From Octopus vulgaris (Eukaryota): a stretch of 64,000 nt of DNA. Made by a program: the position numbers and the translations under genes. How positions within the stretch are numbered: the stretch's first letter is position 1; each line of letters begins with the position of its first letter. The stretch is taken from NCBI GenBank assembly GCA_951406725.2, contig OX597825.1, forward strand, positions 37,200,001-37,264,000, in the 5' to 3' direction. Shown piece by piece: positions 1-14,933 of the stretch. The notes below the pieces were generated by a model. The model was not told where the DNA came from. It worked only from the letters and a program-made list of their open reading frames with translations, and made no database searches.

Positions 1-875
1 ATCATTATTTTGGACCACCAAACCCCCAGAAACAGCTCTTGGACTCGTAAAACTTTTATTCAACCTCTTTAATTCCTGATATCATTTCTATTCTGTGTAA
101 GACGGACTTTTTTATATGCAAACATATGTATATTTTTTAGTATTAAATGTATTTAATATTTTTTGTATATCGATTTGCCTAACTTGCTTATTCTTACATT
201 TACTCCTATACACAAACACACACGCGCACACTCACACAGATACATGTGCACATACAGACACATATACGTGCACACACACATATACAACATATATACTTGT
301 ATAAATGTATATTATCTATGATGTTGTGTTGTATTGTAAATACATTGTATTACAATGTTTGTCTTAGTTGTTTTCCTGATAAATATATCATCATCGTCAT
401 CATCTTAATGATAGTGATAATGACAATAATCATCATCAACAACAACAACAACAACAACAAATTCATCGTCGTCGTCGTCACTGTCATTATAATTACCGTT
501 TTGCCATTGCTATTATAGTTGTTGTACCCGACCGTAAATAGTGGATGCTGTGAAGTTGACGCACCTCAAATTTCCAGGATTGTTAAAACTGATGGTTAGT
601 TGTATAGTTTCTTAAAGTGCCTTGTTATTGGAATTAAACTGATGACAGTTCGTGATAGAAATGTCGATAAAATTGGGAGTAGTCAACACATTATTCATTA
701 ACGACAGAGACAACACCATGACCAAGACTTCGGCCATGATGACCACGGCCACAGTAGCAGTGAAGTCAACCAACCACTGACGTCTCCGCCACCATCACTG
801 TCGCCTTCTCAAGCATCACCATATTGCTACAAGCGAATGTAGATATGACTTACTTTAATACAAATTATTTGCGAA

Positions 876-1087
876 GGCAGCGAGCTGGCAGAATTGATGG
901 CACCGGCAAAATGCTTAACAGCATTTCATTCATTTTTACGTACTGATTTCAAATTCTGCCGAGGTCAACTTTGATTTTCATCCCTTCGGGGTCGATAAAA
1001 AGAGTTCTAGTTGAATACTGGGGCTGATGTAATCGACCTACCCACTACGCCGAACTTGCTGGCCTTGTGCCAAAATTTTAAACAATA
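876..1087 (+). mobile_element. tRNA-derived SINE family A (Nin/Deu-domain type), diverged copy
   Basis: GGCAGCGAGCTGGCAGAA head, box-B-like TTCAAATTCTGCC, core TTTCATCCCTTCGGGGTCGATAAAA..GTTCTAG, and 3' tail GGCCTTGTGCCAAAATTT. More than 8 homologous copies occur in the window. Confidence 0.85.
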
Positions 1088-2296
1088 TGAAATATTTGAG
1101 TTTCGTTTATGATTATCCGTGTATATGTGTGTACTGGTATGCATATTTGTGTGTGTGTGTTTGCGTGAATGTATGTATGTGAGTGCATTGTGCATACAAT
1201 ACTGTGCTATAGAATGCCGTAATTCCATTCTGCAAAGCATGTTTACAGTTATTATTTACTTCGCCCATGTTAACCCAGAGGTTCATACTCATGATCAAAA
1301 GCATTTCATCTTTTTGTGTAACCTACGATCGAATATATTGAATAAGGTTCAACTCCGAATATTCAAAAAAAATTTTAGTGTATTTTTCCAAGGAGCTTTC
1401 GCTTTTACATAAGTCGAATTACAACCTAGATGCTCCTTTTTGACGCAAATTTGGTTCCCAGTGGAGTTATTGTTTCACTAAAACATTTTCTAGTCAACAT
1501 ATTATATAGTGTTAACATCTAGTTCAAACATTCAAACATTGTTACTATCTTTTCATATCTTACTGTATTTCAAAGTGGTCTTCCAAAGTGGTTTTGGTGT
1601 ATAAGTTGACTTACCATCTTAAACTGTAAATATTAGTGCAAAAATTCGATTTGTATGCCAGAAAATTCCATAAACCCCATGACTTTGATTCCTTTACTTA
1701 GCCAATAACTGTGTGGAACATTGGATTTATTCAGTTTTGATATGCTTAAGAAATTGTCTGGAAATCCCGATAATCAAAGTTCGATCTCATTGCACGTCAT
1801 ATGCGTAAAGTATTAAACCAAAGACTTGTTAATAAAGCTGAACTGATAGAAACTTCTGACGCTTGCCATATGAATTATACCTATACTTTAAATATCCGGA
1901 CTTGTTGCACTGTGTCACGCTTATTCCTCTTGGGAATTGTGTGATGAGTGTATGAAATATTCAGCCACTTACACATTAGTTCAAGGACAAGTTAATTTAT
2001 TTAATCGAACAATCAAAATACTTAACAATGAAGGTCGATGTATTTTGATTTTGTAATCAGGAGGAATGGCAATAGTCATAATCCTTTACAGAGCCCCTAC
2101 GGAAGGAAAGGAGGACAGTCTGTCTCATACCAGTCACCTGGCCCAAATGCTCGCATGGGTAGCCTAGGTGACGGATTAAGTAAAAACAAACAAACAGGGT
2201 ACTGCCTTGTATTTTTTTGCAACCATAGTGTATCTAATGTGACCGTAGGTGTACAGAGTATTTTCAATAGGAAGGATGTACGAATATATTTTATAT

Positions 2297-2397
2297 AAAG
2301 TAATGGTTGTTGCCACCTCAATGTGGTTGTTCCGTACATAACAATGTTACTACTCTGTACAGAACAACCACGTTGAGGCGGCAACAACCAATACTTT
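2297..2397. repeat. Inverted repeat/hairpin, ~35-42 bp arms with 17-nt loop (MITE-like)
   Basis: TGGTTGTTGCCACCTCAATGTGGTTGTTCCGTACA ... TGTACAGAACAACCACGTTGAGGCGGCAACAACCA, with 3 mismatches in the core arms. Confidence 0.9.
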
Positions 2398-3559
2398 TCA
2401 GTAGAGTTACTACTTGCATCTCTTACAGAGATCTTAGAACTAGCTACTTTGCTTATTTTATATTAAATTTGTCAGCTATTTCTAGCTGCATGATGAGCCA
2501 CACGAAAATGCTCAGCTCGTGTATTTAATTATATATGTTTTCCGAGGAAAAAGTCAACCCCACTGTAAAGCAGTATCGCTGTAAAAACTCAAGTACTATG
2601 AAAGCAATGCAAACTTACACTGGAGTCTCCAAATTATTTAGCACGCCATTACAAAGACGTTACAAAACGATTTGCCAGAGGATGATGTATAAAGAAGAAA
2701 GTAGAATAAATAAAAATGTCTAGACTTACCCAAATAACCAATGATAACAACTTTACTGAGATTATATCTTGCCTTCAGCTATGGTTGATAGCAGTTTTTC
2801 CCTCACGTCCTTCGCATTTATTTGACCAAATAAATCGCTAAACGTTGTAGGATGTCATATATGAGATGTGATGGTGTGAGATGCGTATCTCTGTGTATAT
2901 ATGTGTATTCGACGTGTATATATGTGTATTCGAGTGTATGTGCTTGTGTGTGTGCATGTGTATTCTTGAGATGAGTGTGTGTTTATGTGTGTGTATGTAA
3001 TGAATGTGAGTGTGATGGGTTTGTGTGAGTGTGATGAATGGGGTGTGTGTGTGTGTGTGTTTGTAAATGTTGTAAATCTTGATAACTAAGTCTGCAGGTG
3101 TTTTGTTGTGTTGTGTAGGATAGGACAGGAGCGAGATGCAACTCAACTCGATTAACAAGTGCAATTTGACCGATGATAACGATACTAATAAGATAAACGG
3201 TAAGAGCAACAATAATGCTTATTTCTAATTTCGACGCACGGCCAGTAACATTGGAGATGTATGTCAATTAAATCAATATTAGCACTTGAGGGTTACTACA
3301 TTTTACCGACCCTAGAAGAAAGATAAGAAAGGTCCCCTGCCCCAACTATTCTGATTTCCAAATGCTAGGCTCATTCATTTGCCTAATAAATTGTACACAA
3401 TAATGTTACAAATGTGTGGAGATAAACAAAAGATAATTATATAAAATTCGGAGAGAGACAAATACAATGTCAAGAAGTTAATTTGTTTCATTACAGAAAA
3501 TAATTGTATAATTAAAAATATATAATTTCAGCACTGCTTGGATCTGACCAAGGGGTGTT

Positions 3560-4350
3560 ACTCAGAGTAGGTACCTTTTCCCCCAAGCCTAATTAAAGTG
3601 CTGAATTTCAGAGCGAACAAGAAACTGACTACGTCCATGCTAAGAGTCAGGTACATTGCTGAATAGCATTTAAGATGGTTTTCACCATGAACTTCTATTC
3701 GGCTGCTTAGCATAATCGAAGACCGTCTTATTGTAAATTTGCATTCTCTTTTCCTTCTAATTTTTCTGTAGTTCATGTAAATCTCCGTCCTTACTTCGTT
3801 TTCTATGAGACGCTGTGAAGAAACATGGTTCAATAGGAGAAATAATTCACGCTGAATGATTTATCTTTTACCTTCCTCTGATATTTGATGGGGATTTTCT
3901 TTCTTACCTTACCTTTTTTGTTGTCCACAGCAATTTGCTTTCTCTGCTTCTTATAAATTTAACCCCTGCTCTTCCTTGTCCTCCTTATCCCAGAAAAAAG
4001 TTCGGATTGTACTATCAGCAGGGGTTTTCTCAACTTTCTAATCATCAGTCTAGGATCGGATTGGAGGGAATATTTTAAACTATTCCCTGAGCAGGAAACA
4101 TGCTACTGACTCACATTCTCTTTGTTTTCTTCAAATGGCTAATAACACCATAGGTGAAGCAACTAGACTTTCTGTTTTGCCCCACTAGTCTCAGTTTTCT
4201 CTTTTAGATCCCTCGATGGGAAACAGCTCCGGTATGGCTCTGAGATCTACAGGGGCTATTAGAACTGGTATGTCCATTTACACTACCCCGACTACATACC
4301 GTTCGTATTTCCTTTGAGGCTCTACATCTGTTATGCAAGAAAGATGACCA
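3560..4350 (-). mobile_element. Possible highly decayed LINE (CR1/L2-like EN-RT linker) remnant
   Basis: Minus-strand fragment YMNYRKIRRKRECKF..NHLKCY resembles the CR1 linker; no catalytic motif is retained. Confidence 0.25.
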
Positions 4351-6278
4351 CTTATCAAATGTCAACATCATAGACAACATCTTTAATCATGATTCACATG
4401 TTGTGTCGATCTATGTATTGTGTCACTAGTATATTGTCTCTTCATCTCATCCTCAGTTTCAAAAATTATGTGTACTGTTCCGTAATATTCTTTCACACCA
4501 CACAGGGTTAACTATTTGTTGTTTTGAGGGCATAAGAAAACCTATTCCGCTTTTGCTGATACAAAGTAAGAAATCGTTTCTCCTCCTTTGCTCTTGGGCG
4601 AAACGCTCTGGCAAAGACGTATTCACTCTAGTCTCAAAATCCTACCAAGTGAAATTTTTTATTCGGATAGTTCATGTTTAACACCTATTTTTTGTTGGCA
4701 AGATTATCACACTTCCGCACACGTTTCCTTTTTACGTAAAGTATGGTACATGTGCGAATTACTTTTGTTGGTGTAAATTTTGCTTCTGTCATACAATTTT
4801 GGATTTTTAGGAGTTAATTTTTAACTAAACGTGTTGCTCAAGATAAATATTTGTAACAATAACGTTTATTTCTAATTGTCATTTTGTGATTAGGTTTAAA
4901 ATAACTTTTTTCATGAGTCTTTCCTTTTCAAATGCATATTCTCAGTTTCTTGTAGTAGAGTAATAGACACTGAAATATGTTTTGAACAAGACATTTTGAA
5001 AATTGATTGACTAGGAGACAGACATTCAGTGAATATCAAGAATAAACTGACTTATAAATATAAAATTGTCATGTGCGTCTCATCCCTGCACAGATATTCC
5101 CTAAGCAGTGCCAGAAAGCCCCCCAGTTGGCGTCAATTGAATAGACAGGAGCGAAATGTTTGGCTTGAGATAATAAATACATTTACCGGGCCAAGGCTGT
5201 GAGCTTGTAACTTTTCGCGTAGGAAAGGAAGACCGTACTATACAGAGAATCTGTCACTGAACCGAAGGACCATGTCAGGCGTTAAAAACCTACTTCGGTC
5301 AAGATCCCAGATATAAAGTATTAGTATCTAAGTTTCCAGCCTAAGTTCTAGACATTGTTCTTTCTGTTAGTATTATTGGTGTTTATGCTGTTGTTGATGT
5401 CCTAGCTTTCTTCTTTCTTGCTGTTTTTCATAATGTTGATGTCTCGTTCGATTTTCGTTGAGATTCTCAAGCTTAAACGTTGGGATTCTCCATCAAATAT
5501 TTGTTTTTCACCTTTCTTTGTGTTACTTCCTTCTTGTTTTTCGTTGTTTTTGTCATTGCTTTTGTTTATGTTACTAGTGCTGTGTTCTTCGTCATTGCTC
5601 ATGCTCTTTACTGGGATGCCATTTCGGATGCAATGCTGTGTTGAATCTTAGCATTATTTTTTGTCATTTATGATATTTTCGGATAAAAACAATTTTCCCT
5701 TTACTACGCAAAAGTTTCCAGACACGCTAGACCTTTTGTATCACCGGCATCATAGCCGTTATGTCTGCCTGCTACCACTCCCCCGTGTAGTATATGTCAA
5801 CTTAGCTGACAATTTCAATAAAACTATTTGTCTGCTCATCGCAGACATCGGGGGACGAGGGGAATTACGGTTTTGTATCTATTTAGCGAACGCACTGAGA
5901 CTTTTAAAATTCTCTTTTCCATGAGAATGTCTTAAACAATTAGAGCGATAAAAATTCTACTTTTGTTAGAGAAATATATAAAAACCGCAGCAAACTTAGG
6001 GAGCATAGTTGTTTGCTAAAATGATATTCATATGGAGAATGGTATTGGTAAGAGCAAGTCAATAAACCAAATACTGTGTTCTGCGTAGTTTTGCTTTAAA
6101 ACAACAACTATATATATTTAGACTCTCTTTGCAACACCCTAAACAGCCGACAACTGATGAAGGGTCGTTCTTTATTTTACTTGTCTAGTTTTCCATTAGT
6201 TTCTCTCGTTGTTAGCATAAAAAAGTTTGTCTTCGTATTTCATGTTGTTTATATTTTGTGACGTCCTGTACCCATATA

Positions 6279-7887
<1,609 letters not shown>

Positions 7888-7959
7888 ATGTTGGAAAGAG
7901 ATTTTACAGTTTGTATAAAAAGAAAAAGAAACTTAGTATCCCATCAAAAATAAAGGTGG

Positions 7960-8280
7960 CATCGCTGCTTCGATTCCCATACCGGGCGTTGTGAGTGTTT
8001 ATTGAGCGAAAACACCTAAAGCCCCACGAGGCTCTGGCAGGGGCTAGTGGCGAACACTGCTGTACTCTTTCTCTTACAACTTTCTCCCAGTCTTTCTTCC
8101 TGTTTCTGTTGTACCTGTGTTCCAAAGGCCCAGAGTTGTAACTCTCCGTGTCACGCTGAATCTCCTCGAGAATTACGTTAAGGGTACACGTGTCTGTGGA
8201 GTGCTCAGCCACTTGCACGTTAATTTCACGAAGCGGCTGTTCCGTTGATCGGATCAACTGGAACTCTCGTCGTCGTATCA
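7960..8280 (+). mobile_element. SINE family C (tRNA box-B-like head), with decayed relatives at ~1895-2030 and ~32945-33105
   Basis: TTCGATTCCC box-B-like motif. The 3' block GAGAATTACGTTAAGGGTACACGTGTCTGTGGAGTGCTCAGCCACTTGCACGTTAATTTCACG recurs degenerately elsewhere in the window. Confidence 0.65.
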
Positions 8281-8882
8281 GCTACGGCTGATATTAACTA
8301 ATTATTTGCGAGCGAAGCAGTATTAATACCAGTACGTAATCTTTATATTTAGCTAAGCATGGATGCTTTGTTAGAGAACCAAATACGGCGTTATTTGCCT
8401 TGAGAAATCCTCTCATATAAGTGCTTAGTGCATAAAAACACAGACGTAGATCATAGCAGACGACATTCATCTCTCATGGGCGCCGGAATTCCCATATAAC
8501 GTGATTTCGTTCTATTGAAATCCATGAATAAGAAGTACCGAGTTACCGCGTGTCAGTCAAATCAGGCTGCCACGTTATATAGAATTTCAGCATCTTTTCA
8601 GACATTGATGTTGCAAATATTCAGCAAGCTTATTAAAAAAATGAATTATTAGCAATGGAAGCAGTATTAATAACAAAAGGCGTTCATTATTTTCAACTTA
8701 ACATGGCTGTCTAGTTAAAACACCGAATAACCCGAGAGTTCCAAAGGACCAAATCAAGTGATAAGGGAATTCTGGCGCCTATCACAGACGAATTCGACTG
8801 CTACGATCTATGTATGTGCTTTTCTGAACCAAGAGAGGATCTCACGAGGCTAATAACGCAGTATGTTGTATTGTAACAAGAT

Positions 8883-8961
8883 ACTTACCCAAGGCGCCAT
8901 GCAGTACGACTGAACACGATACTAAGTGGTTGGGGAGAAAACTTCTTACCACACAACCACA
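8883..8961 (-). mobile_element. SINE family B head fragment
   Basis: Homologous to the 15260-15340 segment (CTTACCCAAGG..CATGCAGT..GACTGAAC...CTTACCACACA.CCAC). Confidence 0.6.
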
Positions 8962-9630
8962 TCAATATAAATATAATTATATATGAAATGCAGCCCTGAG
9001 TCTTCAAATGAAATACATTTCGTGAAATTAGTAAAGGTTTGCTGATAATAATGGAATTATGTGAGGCGAATCCTCTTTTGTAGATTGCAGTTCAGTAACC
9101 GAAGGAACGAAGTAGGTGTTGTTCTTCAGATCTAGGAGGAACGCTATGATCAAAGTCGTTCGACACCATTAGTTTTTAAACATGTATTTGTATATCTAGG
9201 ATTATAATACCAAATGTGTACTTCCTTTTGAGGCAGTACAGTGTTATTTGAAGGAATGTTGGCTGCTGTACTTAAGTAAGAATTCAAACAAAAATACGCA
9301 GATACATACTAAGCTGTTCATAAAGTTATGTCTTTGGAAAGGTAGATGTAAAGAATGAACAGATGTGTAGCTGGATTTGAGAAAAAGGGAAGTAGATCGC
9401 TACCGAAGAGAGCAGATAGTTGTTCACTCTATGATTATTGTAAAAAATGGGATCAATTAATAAATTTCAATCTAAAGTTTAATTTCCACGCCTCCCCCTG
9501 TCCAATATTCTACATCAAATTAGTGACATTCAAATTACTCCAGCTACAATTAAAGTGAAGTCTGAGCATGCTAAAGAGGTCAGATAATTCAGGAATATGC
9601 CTGGCAGTTGCTTCAGACATTGATTTCAAA

Positions 9631-9759
9631 TTTCAAATTTTGGCACAAGACCAGCTATTTCAGAAGAGGGGATAAATCAGTTAAATTGTCCCCAATTTTC
9701 AACTGGCACTCACTTTATTGACCCTGAAAGGATGAAAGGCAAAGTCAACTTCGGCAGAA
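9631..9759 (-). mobile_element. SINE family A 3' half
   Basis: Reverse complement of the tail AAATTTTGGCACAAGACCAGC and of the core ACCCTGAAAGGATGAAAGGCAAAGTCAAC. Confidence 0.8.
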
Positions 9760-10335
9760 AGTTGTCTCAGATATTAATAATTTAAAAATGTTATGATTAA
9801 GTTGATATTGTCTTTTCTTGTCCATATCTAAAGATTCATACTTAGTTATTTAATGCCGATTTCATGATGTAACTGAATATTAACTTAAACTTTTTTCTAT
9901 CTAACAGGTTTTGCAACTCAAATTTTACGTGCTATTACTTATAGCTTATGTATGTTCTTCGAATATTACCACAAGAATTGATAAGAGAAATAATTGAAAA
10001 CGAAACAAACTGTTTGTCTTGACTGAAAGGGTATTATTTGTTGTAGAGATTCAAGGAAAGCCTCACAAGAAAGCAAATAGGCTAAATCGTTCTATTCAAA
10101 GTTTCCATGATTTTTACTGGACCACAAAACGAAACTAAGATTTCTAATAAACACATTGAAATATGTAGAGTCTACACGAGATGTTGTCAAAGATTGTTAA
10201 ATGAAACAGAAATGTCACGTCATATGATTTATTATACGGTTCTGTTCTAACTCTGCCGTTTACCTAATTCTCTATTACTTGTTACACACGCGCAGACGTA
10301 TACATACATACATACATACATACATAATACATACA

Positions 10336-10367
<32 letters not shown>

Positions 10368-10375
10368 CATATATA

Positions 10376-10415
<40 letters not shown>

Positions 10416-10759
10416 CATATATATACACACATACATACATACATATACATGTATCTATGTATCTATATATGTATATAAATAAATAAATAAATAAATAAAT
10501 ATACATACATACACACACATACATACATATATATATATTTATATATATATGCATACGTGCGTGCGCATATACACGCATATGCCTTCGTGTGTGTTTAAGT
10601 CTATGTGTTGGAGTGTATGCGTGTTAATCAATAGCAATGTCTATATCTTAAAATTTTTAGCTGAAAGTCTATAAACAGTATTTATTCAAAATCTTCTGTA
10701 ATCGTGTCTGAACAATTATTCAAGTGGTAAAGCTATGAATCAAAATGCAAATAATTTAC

Positions 10760-10797
<38 letters not shown>

Positions 10798-10966
10798 AAC
10801 ATATAAATGCATGTATGTATGTGTGCACGGGTGAGTATGTGCGTATGTCTCAGTGTATGTACGTGTGTGCTGTATGTGCGTCTATATATGTATTTCTGTA
10901 TGTCTGTTTGTTTATCTGTCTGAGTGCCTGTCTCTCTACCTCTGTCTCTCTGTCTCTGTCTGCCCC

Positions 10967-11042
<76 letters not shown>

Positions 11043-11382
11043 TACGAATACATGTAGTTCCTTTCATTATAAATGTCGATCATAAAAGGAAAAGAGCATG
11101 GATCAAGAAAGTAATTCATGCGTTATAAATGCAGAGTTGATATTTTATTTATTAAGCAGTTGATGCATTTTAGTTGTGCAATTGTTTGAATATATTCTTT
11201 TTTAAAGGCCGGACTGAATATATATTACGACCCAGTAGAACCAAAATGGTTTAAATAGTGGATAACCAAGTGGTGGAAGATTAGAGGCAAACGGAAAATT
11301 CACTTGTATAGATGGATGTTTGTATAAGTTATACTAAGTGGGGGTAGGAAGTATTGAGAAATATAATAACATGCATTGATAT

Positions 11383-11612
11383 GCGGCGAGCTGGCAGAAA
11401 CGCTAGCACGCCGGGCGAAATGCGTAGCCGTATTTTGTCTGCCGTTACGTTCTGAGTTCAAATTCCGCCGAGGTCGACTTTGCCTTTCATCCTTTCGGGG
11501 TCGATAAATTAAGTACCAGTTATGCACTGAGGTCTATGTAATCCACTTAATCCGTTTGTCTGTCCTTGTTTGTCCCCTTATGTTTAGTCCCTTGTGGGCA
11601 ATAAAGAAACAG
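11383..11612 (+). mobile_element. SINE family A, young copy with alternative 3' tail
   Basis: GCGGCGAGCTGGCAGAAACGCTAGCACG...GAGTTCAAATTCCGCCGAGGTCGACTTTGCCTTTCATCCTTTCGGGGTCGATAAATTAAGTACCAG...tail GTTTGTCTGTCCTTGTTTGTCCC; near-identical to 45759-45990. Confidence 0.9.
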
Positions 11613-11764
11613 ATATGAATTATTGCATTACTAGTGGAAGTAAGAAGGGAAAGTAGTTAAAAGAGAGGGGCAGAAAGGAAGTGGAAATAAGTGAAGAGAG
11701 GGTTAAGGAGGCGATCGACACGGTGAAAGATAAGGAAAGATGATGGTAGTGATACACCAACCTT

Positions 11765-12434
11765 GCAATTCTTGGTCTACCTTAAGCTCTTCTATCGGCT
11801 GGATCAACTTCAAGGATCCGCCTTGGAACTTTTTTCCTGCAATATTCTAATCACGTGTCTGTAGTACCGGAGCTATGACTTACGAATGTGGAGAAGTAGC
11901 GGCTCTCCATAGGCACACTCCCTGATTTTCGATAGATGCTCCCTCCTGACTAATGTTATACCAGAGATCCATCGGAAGAACCTCATTTCAGCTGCTCGTA
12001 TTCACAAACCGAATCGAAGATGCTGAGTTTAGCGTTTTCACAACCTCTCCTCTTTCGCTTCTACCTCAGCCTCCAGTTTCTCATCACATGTGAATATGGC
12101 ACTGTGATACTTAAACGTCCCTTCTTGTATCATTGATGCTCCGCTAACATGCAAAGTTCACTGGCAAGACTTTCTTGAGAGCACAAATGTATCAGTCTTT
12201 GCAACACAAATTCCCACTCCTACATTGCAGCACTGGGTAGCGAAACACTTCGCTGCATACTGAAAATCCCCTTCCCTTGAGCAATGCAGTGCAATATCGT
12301 TTGCAAATATCAGCCGACCGATCCTATACCAACCCCTTGTGATCCCATTTTCACAAAGGCCGCGTATATATCCAGTTCATAAAAATTATGAAAAGGAGAG
12401 ATGACAATACATATCCCTGCCGAAGTCCAACACC
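11765..12434 (-). pseudogene. RTE-clade LINE reverse transcriptase fragment
   Basis: Minus-strand translation gives GVGLRQGYVLSSLLFIIFM (GxRQGxxLSPxLF), LIFANDIAL (FADD), AAEMRFFRWISGITL and LRYYRHV, with stops and frameshifts. Confidence 0.85.
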
Positions 12435-12554
12435 CATTTATCATTCGTAGAATTTAGTAGTTGTCTAAATACAAACATTTATCATTCGTAGAATTTAGTA
12501 GTTGTCTAAATACAAACATTTATCATTCGTAGAATTTAGTAGATGTCTAAATAC
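12435..12554 (+). repeat. 41-bp tandem repeat, ~3 copies
   Basis: CATTTATCATTCGTAGAATTTAGTAGTTGTCTAAATACAAA starts at 12435, 12476 and 12517; the third copy is cut by the mariner. Confidence 0.95.
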
Positions 12555-13857
12555 GTGGGGTACCCAAAAGTAACAGCAATCGTTCTCTGTGGGGGTAACC
12601 CGTTGTAGTTCAGGTTTCCGCTGCTAGAAGCCATTTGATGCGACCCTCAGCCTTCAGTCTGCCGACCGGTATCATTGGCTGAATTCATACCACCACCTGG
12701 TGCTGCTTTGTCTTACAGTGCTTCTTCCCCGTTCGTCGATGTTTACGTTGGTTGAAACGAAGGTACAGCGTTCTTCCATGAAATCTTGTTTTCTACTGTG
12801 GAAAACGGCGGAAGAAACAATTGTCATGCTTCAAACAGCTTACTGGCACGCTGCTATGAGCAAAGCATAAGATTACGAGTAGTCTTCACTCTTTACTAAT
12901 GGTCGCTTGAAGACCAACTTCGCTCAGGCTGACCGTCAAACTTTCGAAGGAATGAAAACATTATGAAAATTCATGACTGAACTTGGAGGACCGTCGCCAA
13001 ACAGTTGATGTATTTGTTGATATGACTAGTGTATCCTGGAGCGCCTCCCGACGAATTTTGAATGGGGAATTGAGAATGAAAAGAAATGCAGCAAAATTTG
13101 TGCCTAGCTTGCTCACGGAAGATCAAAAGCAGTTACGTCTGAATACGTGTCGTGAACTGAAAGAACAAGTGGAAGTTGATCCGAACGTGTTTTCGTATGT
13201 CATCACTGGTGATGAAAGCTGGTGCTACAGCTGCGATCCAGAAACGAAGCAGTAATAACGTCAATATGAAAATATTCAATGAAAATATTCAATGTCACCA
13301 AAATGTGCGTCAAGTGAAGTTCAATGTCAAGACGATGCTGCTTTGCTTCATCGATGCGAAAAGAATTCTCTATACAGAATTTGTTTCTCCTGGTCAAATA
13401 GTTAACCAGACATTTTACTTGGCGGTTCTGAAATGTTTGCAAGACACGATGAGACGAAAACGCCCCGACCCGTGGCAAAGCGGAGAGTGGTCACCTCATC
13501 ACGGCAATGCACCTTCGCACACTGTCTTGTAGGTGAGACAGTTTTTGGCCAAAATTACGATGACTCCTTTTGCCCACCCTCGCTATTCATCCGATCTTGC
13601 TCTCTTCATCTTTTTTTTTGTTCCACCGAATGAAAAAAAGACCTTCAGGGAAAACGCTTTGCAGGTGTGGAAGAGATGGAGAAAAAAACGACGAAGGTGT
13701 TAAAAGGCAACACTTCGCAAGAGTTGTAAGACTGCTTCGAACAGCGGAAACGCGTCTGGAGTGATGCATCGCTTCAAATAGAGAAAACACTTTGAAGGCG
13801 ATAAAAGTGTAAACAAGTAAAATGAAATGAATAAAAATATTGCAAAATTCCCCCACG
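12554..13857 (+). mobile_element. Tc1/mariner DNA transposon (mariner, irritans-like), defective full-length copy
   Basis: TA|CGTGGGG ... CCCCACG|TA termini. Transposase motifs include AKFVPSLLTEDQK, ITGDESWCY..DPETKQ, HHGNAPSH and HPRYSSDLA (YSPDLAP), with multiple stops and frameshifts; length ~1.3 kb. Confidence 0.93.
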
Positions 13858-14223
13858 TATAGTGACGTTTTGAGGCACTTTTAAATCATTGAGCTTCGTC
13901 TAAATTAATCCCTGACACAGACATCACCTAAGATTTCTCTTTCTTTCTCCTTCAGTCTCTCGGCTTCTTTTTCTACTTCCCATGTCCTTTACTTTCTGTC
14001 ACTATTGTATATCCTTCCTTGACGTGTGAAGCAGAAACTGACGTCAATGCACTTTATATAACTCATACCTCATTTAAAAACCTATGCTAGCTGCCCTCAG
14101 CTTTCCTCTAGCTTTATTACTGCGTGGTTATCCATAATTCTTATTATGAAACAATGGTACACGCATGTGCATACTCACGCAAAAACACGCCCATATATAT
14201 ATATATATCCTACTCACTCTCTA

Positions 14224-14279
<56 letters not shown>

Positions 14280-14417
14280 GATAAAGTTAGATTAAATATA
14301 GAGATATTCAATTGACAATCCAATAATTTATATTACAATATTATATTAAATACAATGAATATAATATATAACATAACACACCCCTTTGAAGGATTTCTTT
14401 TCTTTTCTTCAGTTTGT

Positions 14418-14479
<62 letters not shown>

Positions 14480-14803
14480 ATATACGAATTTATATGCATA
14501 TAACTTATACGGTTTAAACGGCTTAAATAAAAAATATATTACTCGACCTTTGACATTCGAGTATTATTTTATTACCTTGTTTTGCGTTTATATTCTTACT
14601 TATGTGGGTGTGTGTACATACTCTATGCATGTGGTTTCTTTGTTCGCTACGAGTGATGGGTACCGATATTTCGCCATTCTTGTGACTTGTCAACATCACG
14701 CACCTGAATAGAACCAGAGAATAATCGAATAGCCAGTTCATGAATCACTCTCTCTCTCTCCCTCTCTTTCTTTCTCTCTCTACATATATACATAATACAT
14801 GCA

Positions 14804-14873
<70 letters not shown>

Positions 14874-14933
14874 AATCAATAAATGGTGGAGTTGTGATGA
14901 GAAATTATAAATTGGTTTATGTAAACTTATATA

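Noticed and set aside
6150-6175. CTGATGAAG motif (also at ~53730 and ~56073)
   Set aside because: No downstream stem II plus GAAA/UH, so it is not a hammerhead as it stands.
12435-12554. CRISPR-like direct repeats
   Set aside because: The units are contiguous with no spacers, and the context is eukaryotic.
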